Shown here piece after piece: positions 26,046-38,738 of a stretch of 64,000 nt of DNA (positions are counted from its first letter, which is position 1; every line of letters begins with the position of its first letter). Made by a program: the position numbers and the translations under genes. The stretch is from Octopus sinensis (lineage: Eukaryota). The notes under the pieces were generated by a model. It did no database searches, was not told the origin of the DNA, and worked only from the letters and a program-made list of their open reading frames with translations. Location of the stretch: positions 114,266,001-114,330,000 of the forward strand of contig NC_043001.1 of NCBI RefSeq assembly GCF_006345805.1, in the 5' to 3' direction.

Positions 26046-29000
26046 TGTATCTTATACAATAATTTATACACGTATTTATTCACATAATTGTAGGCGATTG
26101 TGTATGCATATTTCTGTATATATGTTTTCTTCTTTACATTTACCAGTATAAAGCAGTGCTCATTTGCACACGCTTTTGTACCTAAGATGGTAAATTAATG
26201 GTTCGTTTTGGGATGATGATATTAACATCTGACTAAATTAATTACCAATAAATATTATCAACAAAATAATCTTTAAGGCTTTGCTTGAACGGATCACACT
26301 CCAGTAACATGGACTATTAAAACAGGATAAAAAAGGTACGTTTTACAAAATATTGACGAGTTAATGGTTGCCACCCCATCTGTATGGTTGAGCGGTCTGA
26401 GAGAAACAGTAGCCAAATCTTTCTAATGCAAAACAAACATTCTATCTTTAATGATGTAAAACAACTCTAGAAATTAACTCGGAAAATAGTTCCAATCAGT
26501 TTTGATTAGGATATAAACTGTGGAATGATTCGATGAAATGTGCTTTCTTTATAATCAAAGCCTCTGCCATGGTTACAAATGCAACGAAAGTTCTCTCCAA
26601 AGAACTAGCTTGAACATTTGAACATACTTTATTCTTTTACTGTTTGCAATCACCAAACTATACCCATGCTGGAGTTTTACATTATCATATCCAGAGACTT
26701 AGATTATTATATTGAGCCCCACCCTACTTATTTCAGTCTGGTACAGATTTTTTCTGTTTCAATTTATATTTTATGAAATTACTGAACTTCTATTGTTTTA
26801 TACAATACACTATTACACCTGTAATCAGACACACACACAATGATGTGTATGTTTGGGTGTGTATGTGTATATGTCACTGCTGTATTCACTATTATTTTGC
26901 CCCCATACTTTCATAAACTCATCTCCCCATCACTCATCAAAGTTTAGTATAGGAGACTACAGTGATCAACTGTACCCCATAGTTTTACCTTCATCCTCCC
27001 CTCCTCTACTGCCAGTCAACACCCTGACTCACTGTCTGCTGATATACTCAGAAAACCGAGTACTCCAATCACTTCCCCCCTCACCCATTCCTCTTGTCAT
27101 CATTATTACTCGTGTCTCACTCTACAAAGAAATTGGCAAGTGAGCTGACACATAAGTACTGCAATCCCTTTCAACATGTTGAGGACATGGCTACCTTTCT
27201 AGTGTTGGTGCCGCAAAAGACACGCTCAGACCCTTTAATCTTATTAAATACATAGCTCTTCTCTAGTGCTGAGGCCATGGAAAAAGTACACACTATGAAA
27301 TCAGTGATGTTTAGATGGGCATCCAACCCTAGAAACCATAATAAAAACTGAAACAGATGCAAGTTGCAAACCACTGACAATTCTCATCCGACTAGCCAAC
27401 TGCAAATCCTGAAAGAACCAAATTTCTCGCCGCCAGTAGGATTTTTGTCGATCCTTAATTTATAGCATTTGGTGGAGATTTATGTATAGAGTTCATGAAT
27501 GCAGAAAATTCATAAATAGTTGTAGCTTAAGCGGCATTATTAATATGTCATATTATGCGGAACATTTATATTTCTGAGAATATACCGAACAATCTGTTCA
27601 GATTTTATATTATAAATGATGCAGCCGGGTAGTTTGAATACTAAACAACGATATGATGCATGGTCTATTACATCATTTGTCAGCTAAATCTTGATACTCG
27701 CTATATCAGTTTATATAACATCCTTGTTAAATATGAGTGGAAAAGTGTGTGCGTGTGTTTGTAATTTTATATATTCGTTTGCGCGTGTATGTGTATGTAC
27801 TGGCAAGTTTATTACGCATTTTATTCGTAATGTTATATCTATCTCTATGCGATGGCATAATTAAATTATGCGTGTGTGTTTTGTGTATATGTGTGTATAA
27901 TAATTCAATAATTTTCGAGAAGCTACACCAATGAATAAAGCCCCATGTTCTTGGCAAAGTCTTTACTAATCTGCTTAGGATTTAAACGTTGCATTAAACT
28001 TTTAGGAACTTTGAAATTTGATTCAGTTCTATAAATGCTTTGACAAGAAACTTCAGATTCTTGAGTCCCTGGTGTAGTTTGATGAGTAGAAATATTATGA
28101 TATTATTACACGGTTTATATCTTGAGTTCTACTTCCCGTGAGTGTTTGGATTGTTTCAAACAAATTCCAAAGATACGCTTGCGGATCTACCACCGAATAT
28201 GGACTAGACAATATCAGGAACAGGTCTGGTGGTGGGAGCATCCTGATAAATGCCTACAAGCAGAGTTGGAAGAAATTACGCTACAGACTTCACCAATTCT
28301 GTGGAAACCGTTCCACAATGGTCTACGAACAATTCAAAGATACATAGTCACCATTGGTAAGCAAAAGGTAACAGTCAGGACAGAGAAAACTACCGAAGAT
28401 TCACTTTCTCTCAGTTGCAGTAGCAATGCCAGCAAAACTATTGTACAATGCATTGCAAAATTATTCAAACGTTAGTATGGGTTTCAATTGTCTACGAACA
28501 CCAATGATATGGTTTTCGCGTTCTGATAAATTCAAAGAATGTTTATGGGACAACGTACTCGGTTCTTCCTTAGCCTAGATTACAACCCACCATTTATTCT
28601 TGTGTGTGTTTGCTTGCAGTTCTTTTAAACACAAAACCTAGAAATAGAGTAAATAGGGATGAGGCGAGCCTACCATTACTCCATGGCCACACCCAAGTAA
28701 GATCGTAGCAGGTATATCATAGTAAAACTGATTGACTCTCTCTGAACAGGTTCTTTAATCTCGCATTCCAACACAGTCGAAAGACTTTCTAATCTCAATG
28801 ACTATTATTAATAGAATAATAGGAAACGCTGCTATAGACGTTTCCTAAATTTGTCTCAAACATAAGAAACCCACACTGGCGGTCAGCAAGTTTTACTTCC
28901 AATACTTTTGTAATCTTTTAAACAGATTTTTAAAAGACTTATAATTGTTATAATTGAGAAATGGTATATCTGTTCATCCTAATGAGGGGTCATTGCCGAA

Positions 29001-29418
29001 ATGCATTTTAACTCGTACTCAAATCGTGGCAGTGAAATCCCGAAATGGAAATAAAAGTGTTTGACTTGATTTTATGGAGCGTTTTTACACTTCTGGACTC
29101 CAACCCAGCATAGTTTTTATGAAATGAACTATTTTGCTATATATTATTTTGTTTGAGGGGAGTAAGAAAAATTTTTGTAGTCAATTGATATTTTATTTTA
29201 TTTAGATTTAGAGTCGCATGACACGCTTTAGAATTTTCAGTCGATTGTATATACCTTCATGATAGGCCGTTCTATATAACTATACTTTTATTTGCATATA
29301 TATGTTTTACCTTCTGTGTTCTTTTTTATATGTATTCTTTATATATTGAAAGGCCATGGTAATGATCAAAAGTTTGATGTTTCTTCTGTGATCAATGTTT
29401 TATATATATATATATATA

Positions 29419-29710
29419 AATGGCCCAGTGGTTAGGGCAGCGGACTCGCGGTCGTAGGATCGCGGTTTCGATTCCCAGACCGGGCGTTGTGAGTGTTTAT
29501 TGAGCGAAAACACCTAAAAGCTCCACGAGTCTCCAGCAGGGGGTGGTGACCCCTGCTGTACTCTTTCACCACTCTTTCTCCCACTCTTCTGTTGGCCTAC
29601 TTGCTTAGCCAGCGGGGTGGCGTCATTCGAAGGCTAAAGCAATGCGAACGTATTGTGACCAGCGATGTGTAACAACATCTGATTGTCTGGTCGGTCATGT
29701 GATCACGTGA
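29419..29710 (+). mobile_element. SINE family B head with an alternative 3' tail
   Basis: The first ~170 bp match 36300-36470; the sequence then diverges into GTTGGCCTACTTGCTTAGCCAGCGGGG...GTCATGTGATCACGTG. Confidence 0.85.
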
Positions 29711-29717
29711 TATATAT

Positions 29718-29913
29718 ATATATATATATTTGTGTGTGTCTCTGTTTGTCCCCCTCCATCGCTTTGACAACCTATGTTATTGTGTTTATATCCGCTCCAC
29801 CTAGCGTTTCGGCAAGAGACCGACAGAATAAGATACTAGGCTTACAAAGATTTGGTCCTGGGATCGAATTGTTCGACTAATGAAGGTGCTCCAGCATGGC
29901 CGCAGTAGAGAAA

Positions 29914-29954
<41 letters not shown>

Positions 29955-30095
29955 GACGGGTTTCTCTCAGTTTCAATCTACCAAATCCATTCACAAAGCT
30001 GTAGTCGGCAGAAGACACTTGTTCAAGCTGCCACGCAGTGGGACTGAACCTGGAACCATGTGGTTGGTAAACAAGCTTCTTGCCACACAGCCAAG
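29718..30095. mobile_element. SINE family D halves in opposite orientation joined by (AT)n
   Basis: 29718-29907 is the 3' half (plus); 29953-30095 is the 5' half (minus, ending at the tRNA head). Confidence 0.8.
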
Positions 30096-30204
30096 CAATA
30101 CTTTCTGTAATTACTCTAGTCAAAACTGTTCTTTATTGATAATGAGAAGACATTTTTTTTTAATTGTTACTAAATGGTATAAGCATATGAATACTGATTT
30201 CAAA

Positions 30205-30385
30205 TTTTGGCGCCAAGCCAGCAAGTTCAGAGGAGGGGATAAGTCGATTACATCGACCCCCCCCCCCCCAGTGTTTAATTGGTACTTATTTTACCGACTA
30301 AGAAAGGATAGAGTGTAAAGTCGGCCTCAGTAGAATTGGAATCGTTAAAACGGGCGAAATGCGCCCTGCCAGACCACCGTATTAT
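30205..30385 (-). mobile_element. SINE family A, diverged
   Basis: GTCGATTACATCGACCCC...TGGTACTTATTTTA is the reverse complement of the family core. Confidence 0.75.
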
Positions 30386-31504
30386 ATTGATTCTGATATA
30401 AATAAGTAAAAAGATAAAAGAAACAATAAAATTAGCCATAAATTATTTTATATCAATTGATATAAAAAACATTAGTATAGTTCAAAGGTGAAAATAGTGA
30501 ATACGAAGTAAAGTGAAAAGAGCTAAGTTAATTATTTTAAACAAAATAATTATATACATTAATGGAGATTTAATCATTATAATCAATATTTAAATATGTT
30601 ATATATAATATGTATTTCATTATACATAAGATTACTGTACAATCAAATTTAATTGCAACTTTATAATTTGTAGCTTATGAATCACATATACGTTAGGTTT
30701 ATAAATTACAGATTTTATAGCTTTTTATGGATTAAAGATAGTTTATAGATTGCAGTTTATGAATCACGTTTACGTATATCATTAGTTTGTAGTACTAGAG
30801 CATGAAAATATTGAACATACTTATCAATTTATTGGTTATACCTTCACCACATGTATTTTACCATCGCTCTTCTTACCGTCAGATCTGCATCTGATATACC
30901 AGCTTAATATAAACAATCGTCTTTGTCTTTCTCTTCTTCTTTCGTCTTCCTTTTTCTCTGATAAAAAAATCAACTGGTCTAGCATCATCCTTAATTCTCT
31001 TCCATTTGCCCTTCCATACGTACTTCCTTCATGCATTTCTACAGTAAATTAACCAGTAGTGAATAATTATATCCATTTAACCGATGACACGTTTCACAAC
31101 TCCCGCATATGAGAACCCTCAATTTAATTGTTTCATCCGCACTCTGATAATTTCGAAATTAGACAGAAACGCGATTGTACGCAAAATACGTACGCAAAAT
31201 ACCGCAGCCAGTATCGTTTTACGTAGGTATATATATCAAGTTATACATAATACATATACGTCAGTCAAATACTATTTTCATGTGCGTATATCAATTTAAT
31301 TCTTTCCCGGCTAACTTTCGAAAATGTCTACAAAATTTGTTTGCCGATATATTCGAAGCAAGCGTTTTCGGTTTTGCTCGCATTCCACAATTGTACACAG
31401 TTTCTCTCCTCAAATCATTATATCAGGTTTGTAGTGCTTACATTTTATTGAGGTTTTCACTGGGACATTCCACCAGTACTACTTCTTATTACGAGGGGCT
31501 ATGG

Positions 31505-32545
31505 CTTCTACCATAGGGTTCTTACTTCTTTGTCCTCGGGGTTATTCTTTCGACGGATTTCATTACAGAGCGTCCTAGCTACAACATCATGTCTCGTCGG
31601 TAGATAATACCGTGATGATATTTTCGGACAAGTGTTTATGATGTGAGTGATATCTTCGGTATTAACTCCACAAATTATGCATCGGTTGTCACACTTCACT
31701 GCTTTTCCTACATCTCTATCCCTTTTGTGCATCAGGTATTTGGTTGATATTTCCTGTTCCTGGATTGCAAACGCATCACCTTCAAAGTGGGAGGTAGTAA
31801 TTCAGCTGTAGGTCCTTTGATCATCAATGTTACTCTCATCTCGGAGATTACTGCTAACATATCCATGGAGAGACTTCTGCTCATATTTGCTCATCTTTTC
31901 ATCTGATGATACGTGCGACTTCTTTGGGCATTTATTTAAGGTTATCAGACAAGGAATGTTGATCAAGGAGCTGCCTCCCAAATCTTACTGTTTTATCAGC
32001 CTCATGTATGCAAACTTGTTCAAGGGATACACTTGGCGGTTAAAAGATGTTGCCGAAGGGATATGATAGGACATTCAAAGGCATTTTGGATCGATGTTAA
32101 GCCTCTGCCGCCTTGTTTCCGTTTTAGACAGGGGTGATCTACATCATTGTTGATGTGGAAATTATCTGTACTTGTTTGTATGTTTCGGGTTTTCACACCA
32201 ATGGCTCGGATCTCATCAAGCGTTCAATCAAGAAGCCCAAATGTTGGTATGAGTACTAGAACTGCAAACACATTCTCGGTCATTGTTTTATTGAATGCAA
32301 ACAGTTCCGAGTTCCAAATTTTTTATTCGACATTAGTATTCTTTAGTGATACGTGTTGTGTCACAAGTGCCTTTGTAAGATATGTTTTCAACTACTCCTA
32401 GATACCTGTAACATTCCTCATCATATATGGGGGAAAAACTGTCATGTCATTGATGGAGATGTTGCTAGTCTGGTTAACAGTTTTCCCTTTTTTCACACCC
32501 ATATAACAACATTTATCCTGACCTAACTCCAACCATGTATGCTTT
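31505..32545 (-). mobile_element. Degenerate R4/Dong-clade non-LTR fragment (end of RT to zinc knuckle)
   Basis: ELGQDKC (FGLDKC motif), DVDHPCLKRKQGGRG, FEGDAFAIQEQEISTKY, CIICGVNTEDITHIINTCPKISSRYYLPTRHDVV (CCHC knuckle plus RHD). Confidence 0.85.
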
Positions 32546-34064
32546 TAATGTTTACAACCCATGCTACAACTATTAAAATAACTTGGGTCATTTCGGTGAC
32601 GTTGTACGTTGAAGCGTATTATTTGCAAGCTATATCTTGATAACTTGGTTAATTAGAATGAGCATTGACTATTAAAATGGAATCGAGTAAAAGGCGTTGC
32701 AGATTGGTTAATGAAAGCAACGAACGCTGGATGAGAATGTTTAATATCTACGAAATAGTGATGAATGTATTTGAGCGAAATTTGCTACTGACGCGATGTC
32801 TGTAAGAATAAGTTCGAAATAATTTAAAATGTTAGCAAGAGGTTCCGAGTGAAGAAATTATAAAGGGAAAAATACACGGAATCACACAGTCTCGTACATT
32901 CTCTCACAGTCTCATACATTCTCATACAGATACACACGTTTACACAAATATATAAATACACGGAACACGCACATATATGTATACTCCCATGTATGTATAC
33001 GTAATGTCTACACGGTAAATATACATGTGTGTATACATATGCAGAGACGTCCACACACGCACAGCTGGAACAATCGTCTTGATTATCATCTGAGAATATA
33101 AACAAATGTACGACTAACACGTTTTCTATGATTTTGTATGTATGTATGTATGTATGTATGTATGTATGCATATGTGTATACATATATGCTTGTGTATAAA
33201 CATGCATGTGTGTACGTGTGCGCGCGGGTGCGTATGTGTGTGTGTGTGTGCGTGTGTGTGTACCTATATATGCGCACATAGATTATGTATGTTGTGTATG
33301 AATATAGAAGAATAAGAGAGAAGGAAAGTTGGACAGAGGAGAGTGAGAGGTATGGGGAAAAGGAAGGAGGCGGAGAAACTAATCAAACGGATGGTTAAAC
33401 TCGATCAGTTTAGACTGAAATAAATAGCCAAATGTATGTGGACATGTAGACTGAATTCCGTATCGCTACACAGTAAGAATTAATCAAGTATAAAAGCTGT
33501 AGGATAAGAATTGCACTGAAGAGCTACATATATTCGGAGAACTCGGTTGAAATAATAATTAGTTATTCTGTTATTAAGGGTTTAATTAGCTGTACAGCAA
33601 ATCCTGTGCAACGGACTGAGAAACCAAGACAAATTTTTGATACAATTTACTGAAACTCTCGTGTAAGAATAATAATAATAATAACAAAAGAAATAAGCTG
33701 AGAAATTGTTTCGTAAACGTAAATCAAGTTTTCATAATATTTATATATACTGAGGTACATTCACTCACACAAACACTTCCAAAAAACAAGTACGTTCGAT
33801 TAACGACGAAAATGACGTCAAAAAGTGATACAAAGCGAATGCAAATTTTTGATTAGTTATGAATAGTTTCATGCTCAGAAGGGAATTGAGGTTATAAAAG
33901 TTCCTCGACGGTTCGAGCCTACGCACGATTTCTGGAAATATATTAGAAGATAGAAATCTCACAGAGAATACAGAATAATCCATCTACTGTGTTCGAACCT
34001 ATGTGTATGCATGAATATACGTAGTATGTATACATAAATATATATATCTATAATATAGCATATA

Positions 34065-34140
<76 letters not shown>

Positions 34141-34145
34141 TTATT

Positions 34146-34518
34146 AATTAGAGATAAAACCACTATTAAGCAAATCATACAATGAAAAACTTAAGCCAAT
34201 ACATAAGATTATTTAATTTATATTATTTAAATATATAACAAAATTATTTAAAAAATATAATTAATATAACGCTACGATCGTTTCATGGCTGTCCAATTCT
34301 TAAAATTTCGAGTTACAGTCATTCATTAAACCACCTGATGAATGACCGTAACTCGAAAATTTAAAGAAATTAACAGCCATGAAACGATTGTAGTGTTATA
34401 TTAATAAAATTTTTTGAATAATTTTGTTATATATTTAAATAATATAAATTAAATAATCTTATGTATTGGCTTAAGTTTTTCATTGTATGATTTGCTTATA
34501 GTGGTTTTATCTCTAATT
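34146..34518. mobile_element. ~370-bp foldback (inverted pLTR-like pair) within (TA)n, carrying a hammerhead motif
   Basis: Arms AATTAGAGATAAAACCACTA... and ...TAGTGGTTTTATCTCTAATT are near-perfect complements over ~175 bp. Confidence 0.85.
34329..34397 (+). ncRNA. Minimal type-I hammerhead motif in the right arm
   Basis: AACCAC-CTGATGA (34335-34341)-ATGACCGT...ACAGCCAT-GAAA (34381-34384)-CGATTG-TA-GTGTT. The left arm gives the perfect palindromic stem III ACGATCGT. Confidence 0.55.
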
Positions 34519-34519
34519 T

Positions 34520-34552
<33 letters not shown>

Positions 34553-34611
34553 ACTATATACATTATGCCCTATGTGTGTTCATACACACACTCAGACCAC
34601 GCATACATATG

Positions 34612-34649
<38 letters not shown>

Positions 34650-35045
34650 GTACATACACGTGCGGTAATGTTACGCACATGCGTACATACAGGTGCGGTG
34701 ATGCCAGAGCTACATACTGTTATATATAACTTCTCCACGGTTGAAATTTGATGTATATAATGCAAACAACATTATACATATAAAATATGCCCTGCTCTTA
34801 ATCATGCGACGATTCCTGCTTGTATATATTTTCCACAAGAACACTTAAATTTTAAAATATCAAGAAAAATATATCAAATATTTCCACCCGGTGATTTTAG
34901 ATCGATTTCGCAATCGGTTGATCACTCAGTCAATCACTTAATCAATCAATAAACTAGTTACGTAGATGAACAGATTCTCTCGATTCGTATCAGTTTTACA
35001 GGTTTCTGAGTGGATAGGTTACGATATAGATGATTTTGGAAATGA

Positions 35046-36078
35046 TAAAGAAGAGGAAGAAGTATAAGTAGAAGAAGAAGAAGAGGTAGAAGAAGAAGAA
35101 GAAGAAGAAGAAGAAGGAAGAGGAGGAGAAGAAAAAGGATAAGAATAAAAAAAAGAAAAGGAAGGAGAGGGGAAGAAGAAGAAGGAAGGAGAGGGGAAGA
35201 AGAGAAGAAGAAGAAGAAGAAGAAGAAGAAGGAAGAGGAGGAGAAGAAAAAGGATAAGAATAAAAAAAAGAAAAGGAAGGAGGAGGGGAAGAAGAAGAAG
35301 GAAGGAGGAGGGGAAGAAGAAGAAGAAGAAGAAGAAGAAGAAGAAGGAAGAGGAGGAGAAGAAAAAGGAGAAGAATAAAAAGAAGAAAAGGAAGAAGGAG
35401 GAGAGGAAGAAGAAGAAGAAGAGAGAAAGAGAAGAAGAGAAGAGAAGAAGAAAAAGAAGAGGAGATAAGAAGAAGAAGAAGAGAAGAAGAAGAGAATCAG
35501 AAAAGAGAAGAAAAGAAGAAGAGAAGAGAAGAGAAGAAGAAGAAGAAGAAAGAAGAGAAGAAGAAGAAGAAGAAGAAAAGGAGAAAAGAAGAGAGAAGAA
35601 GAAGAAGAGAAAAAGAAGAGAAAGAAGAAGAGAGAAGAACAAGAAGAAAAAGAGGAGAAGAAGAAAGAAGAAGAGAAGAAAGAAGAAAGAAAAGAAAAAG
35701 AAAAAGAAAAAAAGAAAAAGAAAAAGAAAAAGAAGAAGGAGAAGAAAAGAAGAAGAAGAGAAAGGAGAAGAAAAAGAAAAAGAAAAAGAAAAAGAAGAAG
35801 AAGAAGAAAAAGGAGAAGAAGAAGAAAAAGGAGAAGAAGAAGAAGAAGAAGAAGAAGAAAAAAGGAGAAGAAGAAGAAGAAGAAGAAGAGAAGAAAAAAA
35901 GAAGAAAAAGTAGAAGAAAAAGAGGAAGAAGAAGAATAGAAGAAGAAGAAGAAGAAAAAGAAGAAGAAGAAGAAGAATAGAAGAAGAAGATGATGAAGAA
36001 GAAGGAGAAGAAGTAGAAGAAGAAGAAGAAGAAGAAGAAGAAGAAGAAGAAGAAGAAGAAGAAGAAGAAGAAGAAGAA
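35046..36078. repeat. ~1-kb (GAA)n-rich homopurine tract with internal ~115-bp duplications
   Basis: Almost no pyrimidines on the plus strand. GAGGAGGAGAAGAAAAAGGATAAGAATAAAAAAAAGAAAAGGAAGG recurs near 35120 and 35235, with a variant near 35350. Confidence 0.95.
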
Positions 36079-36290
36079 AAGTTGTTCGTCCATCTAGGTA
36101 AATATCTTCCATTATTTACTTCAGTACCTTGCCTTCTGGTTCAGTTCATCTCAGTATCAACTATTCCTTCTACCCCGCGAGGTGGGATAGATAACACTCT
36201 GGGTAAGAAAAAGACAGTAAAGGTGAGAGCATGAAACCTAATGCGATGTGGTGTGGCACATATTTTGTCATATTTGGGTGGTAATGTAAG

Positions 36291-36660
36291 TGGAGGCGCA
36301 ATGGCCCAGTGGTTAGGGCAGCGGACTCGCGGTCATAGGATCGCGGTTTCGATTCCCAGACCGGGCGTTGTGAGCGAAAACACCTAAAGCTCCTCGAGGC
36401 TCCAGCAGGGGATGGTGGTGATCCCTGCTGTACTCTTTCACCACAATTTTCTCTCACTCTTACTTCCTGTTTCTGTTGTACCTGTATTTCAAAGGGCCGG
36501 CCTTGTCACTCTCTGTGTCACGCTGAATATCCCCGAGAACTACGTTAAGGGTACACGTGTCTGTGGAGTGCTCAGCCACTTACACGTTAATTTCACGAGC
36601 AGGCTGTTCCGTTGATTCGGATCAACCGGAACCCTCGTCGTCGTAACCGACGGAGTGCTT
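36291..36660 (+). mobile_element. SINE family B, full length
   Basis: tRNA-like head TGGAGGCGCAATGGCCCAGTGGTTAGGG...GGTTTCGATTCCC; ends ...GTCGTCGTAACCGACGGAGTGCTT. Confidence 0.93.
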
Positions 36661-37638
36661 CTTAAAAAAAAAGGTAATGTAATCAATCGCTTGTCAGTTG
36701 GTGAGGATTCAGAAGAATCAGCTCTGATGCAAGAATGCGGGTCAGATCTTCGGTGTAGGGGTGCGTGTTTTTTCTTGTCTCTTACAAACCTCGGAAGTCC
36801 TTCCATTTTGACAACGACAGAAAAGAAAATTATAGCGATTATACAGCAGAACAATAATAAAAACAGTAACATGAATTTTAAAAGAGAACTAGTGTTAAAA
36901 ACAGGAAGTTACGTAACAAGTCCAAGACATAGGAAGAGACGGAAATGTTTAAGAATGTGAAGATTTTGTAAGACATGAACAAAAAGTTGAAGTAATTTCC
37001 TAAAACTGAAGAAAAAGGATAAACATAATACTTTTTTTAAAATATGTATGAAGAAACCAAAAAAAAATATGAGTTACAAATAAACGAGGAAAAAAAAGCA
37101 TAGCCACCATCGCAGATTATGTAAGAGGGTTTAAAAAGTACGATGTTTCAAAAAAAATTAAAACCTCTGATTTTAGACATGTCTGTGAATTCATTTAGCT
37201 TCAGAATGGATTGCACAACCGTTAAATTTAATACATGCGATAGTTTTTCAGCAAAGTTAAAAAGCATGTCTTCGGTTACGGCAATTTCCAAATGTTTCAG
37301 TTTACCATCTGTCCGATCTTCCGTATTTGCATTTTTTCCGTGGTTTCATGTTTTCCTTTTGTCTTTTTGTATTTCACTATTGGTGGGATACTTTTCTATA
37401 TTCTTCTTCATTTCGTTATCTTTTTTTTTTTACCTCTTGTACTTCTCACTTATATATGTTTGTGCGCGTGTGCCTGTGTGTATGTATGTGTGTGTGTCTG
37501 TGTCTGTGAGTGCGTGTGTGCGTCTGTCTATACATAAATATGCATATATATGTATATATATGTGTATATTATATGCATGTAAGTATATGTATGTATTATA
37601 TATGTATAAACAGATAGATAGATAGATAGGTAGGAAGG

Positions 37639-37713
<75 letters not shown>

Positions 37714-37829
37714 TATATTTAATAACCCGATGTATACAGAATATTCGATACGTAAATAAGTACATGCATAATATATATATATAATATACATATATAACTC
37801 TTATATGACGGTAAAGCTTATTAATATTA

Positions 37830-38243
37830 ATCTGGCAGAACCACGCCGGGCGAAATGCTTAGAGGTATTTCGCCCGCCACAACATTCTACCGAAGTCGGC
37901 TTTGCCTTTCATCCTTTCGGGGTCAATGAAAAAGTATGAATTAAGCACTGGGGTCGATATAATCGACTGGCCTCCTACCCCCAAAATTCTCAAGACCTTG
38001 TGCCTAGAGAAGAAATAATTATGATAATTATTATTATTATTATGAATCTCGTAGAATCGTTAGCACGCCGAGCGAAATGCTTAGCGGTGTTTCGCTTCAT
38101 TCTGAGTTCAAATTCAACGAAGGTTGACTTTGCCTTTCATCCTTTCGGAGTCGATAAACTGAGTATTAGTCGAATACTGGGATCGATGTAATCGACTATC
38201 CCCTTCCTCACAAATTTCAGGCCATATACCTATAGTAGGATTG

Positions 38244-38290
<47 letters not shown>

Positions 38291-38738
38291 GCTGACAGAA
38301 CCGTTAGCACGCCGGGCGAAATCATTAGGGGTAATTTGCCCGTCGCTACATTCTGATTTCAAATTCCGTCGAGGTTGAATTTGTCTTTCATCCTTTTGGG
38401 GTTGATAAAATTAGTTCCAGGGAAACATTGGGTTCAATGAAATGGAATACTCTTCTCCCCCAACATTTCGGCCGTTGTACCTATGGTAGAAAGGATTATT
38501 ATCATTATTGTTAAGGCGGCAAGCTGGCAGAATTGTTAGTACGCCGGAAAAAATGATTAACGTTATTTCGTCTGCATGTTCTGGGTTCAAATTCCGCCGA
38601 TGTCGAATTTGCCTTTCATCATTTCGGGGATCGATAAATTAAGTACCAGTTCAACACTTGGATCAATGTAATAGACTAACACCCTCCACCCAAATTCATG
38701 GCTTTGTCCCAAAATTTGAATCCATTATTATTATTATT
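37830..38738 (+). mobile_element. Four head-to-tail SINE family A copies separated by (ATT)n tails
   Basis: Copies at ~37830, 38045, 38290 and 38513, each with the TTTGCCTTTCATC...GATAAA core and an (ATT)n tail. Confidence 0.9.

Noticed and set aside
33769-33931. Minus-strand exon candidate (TTTCCAG|...|GTGAGT)
   Set aside because: Splice signals are good but the peptide is unrecognisable and phase-incompatible with 30877-31038; chance occurrence is plausible.
34958-36112. 384-aa low-complexity ORF
   Set aside because: It is the translation of the (TTC)n strand of the GAA tract.
36291-36370. tRNA gene (also 4777, 11745, 29419, 62234)
   Set aside because: A/B boxes are present but there is no complete cloverleaf, and each continues into a repeated SINE body.
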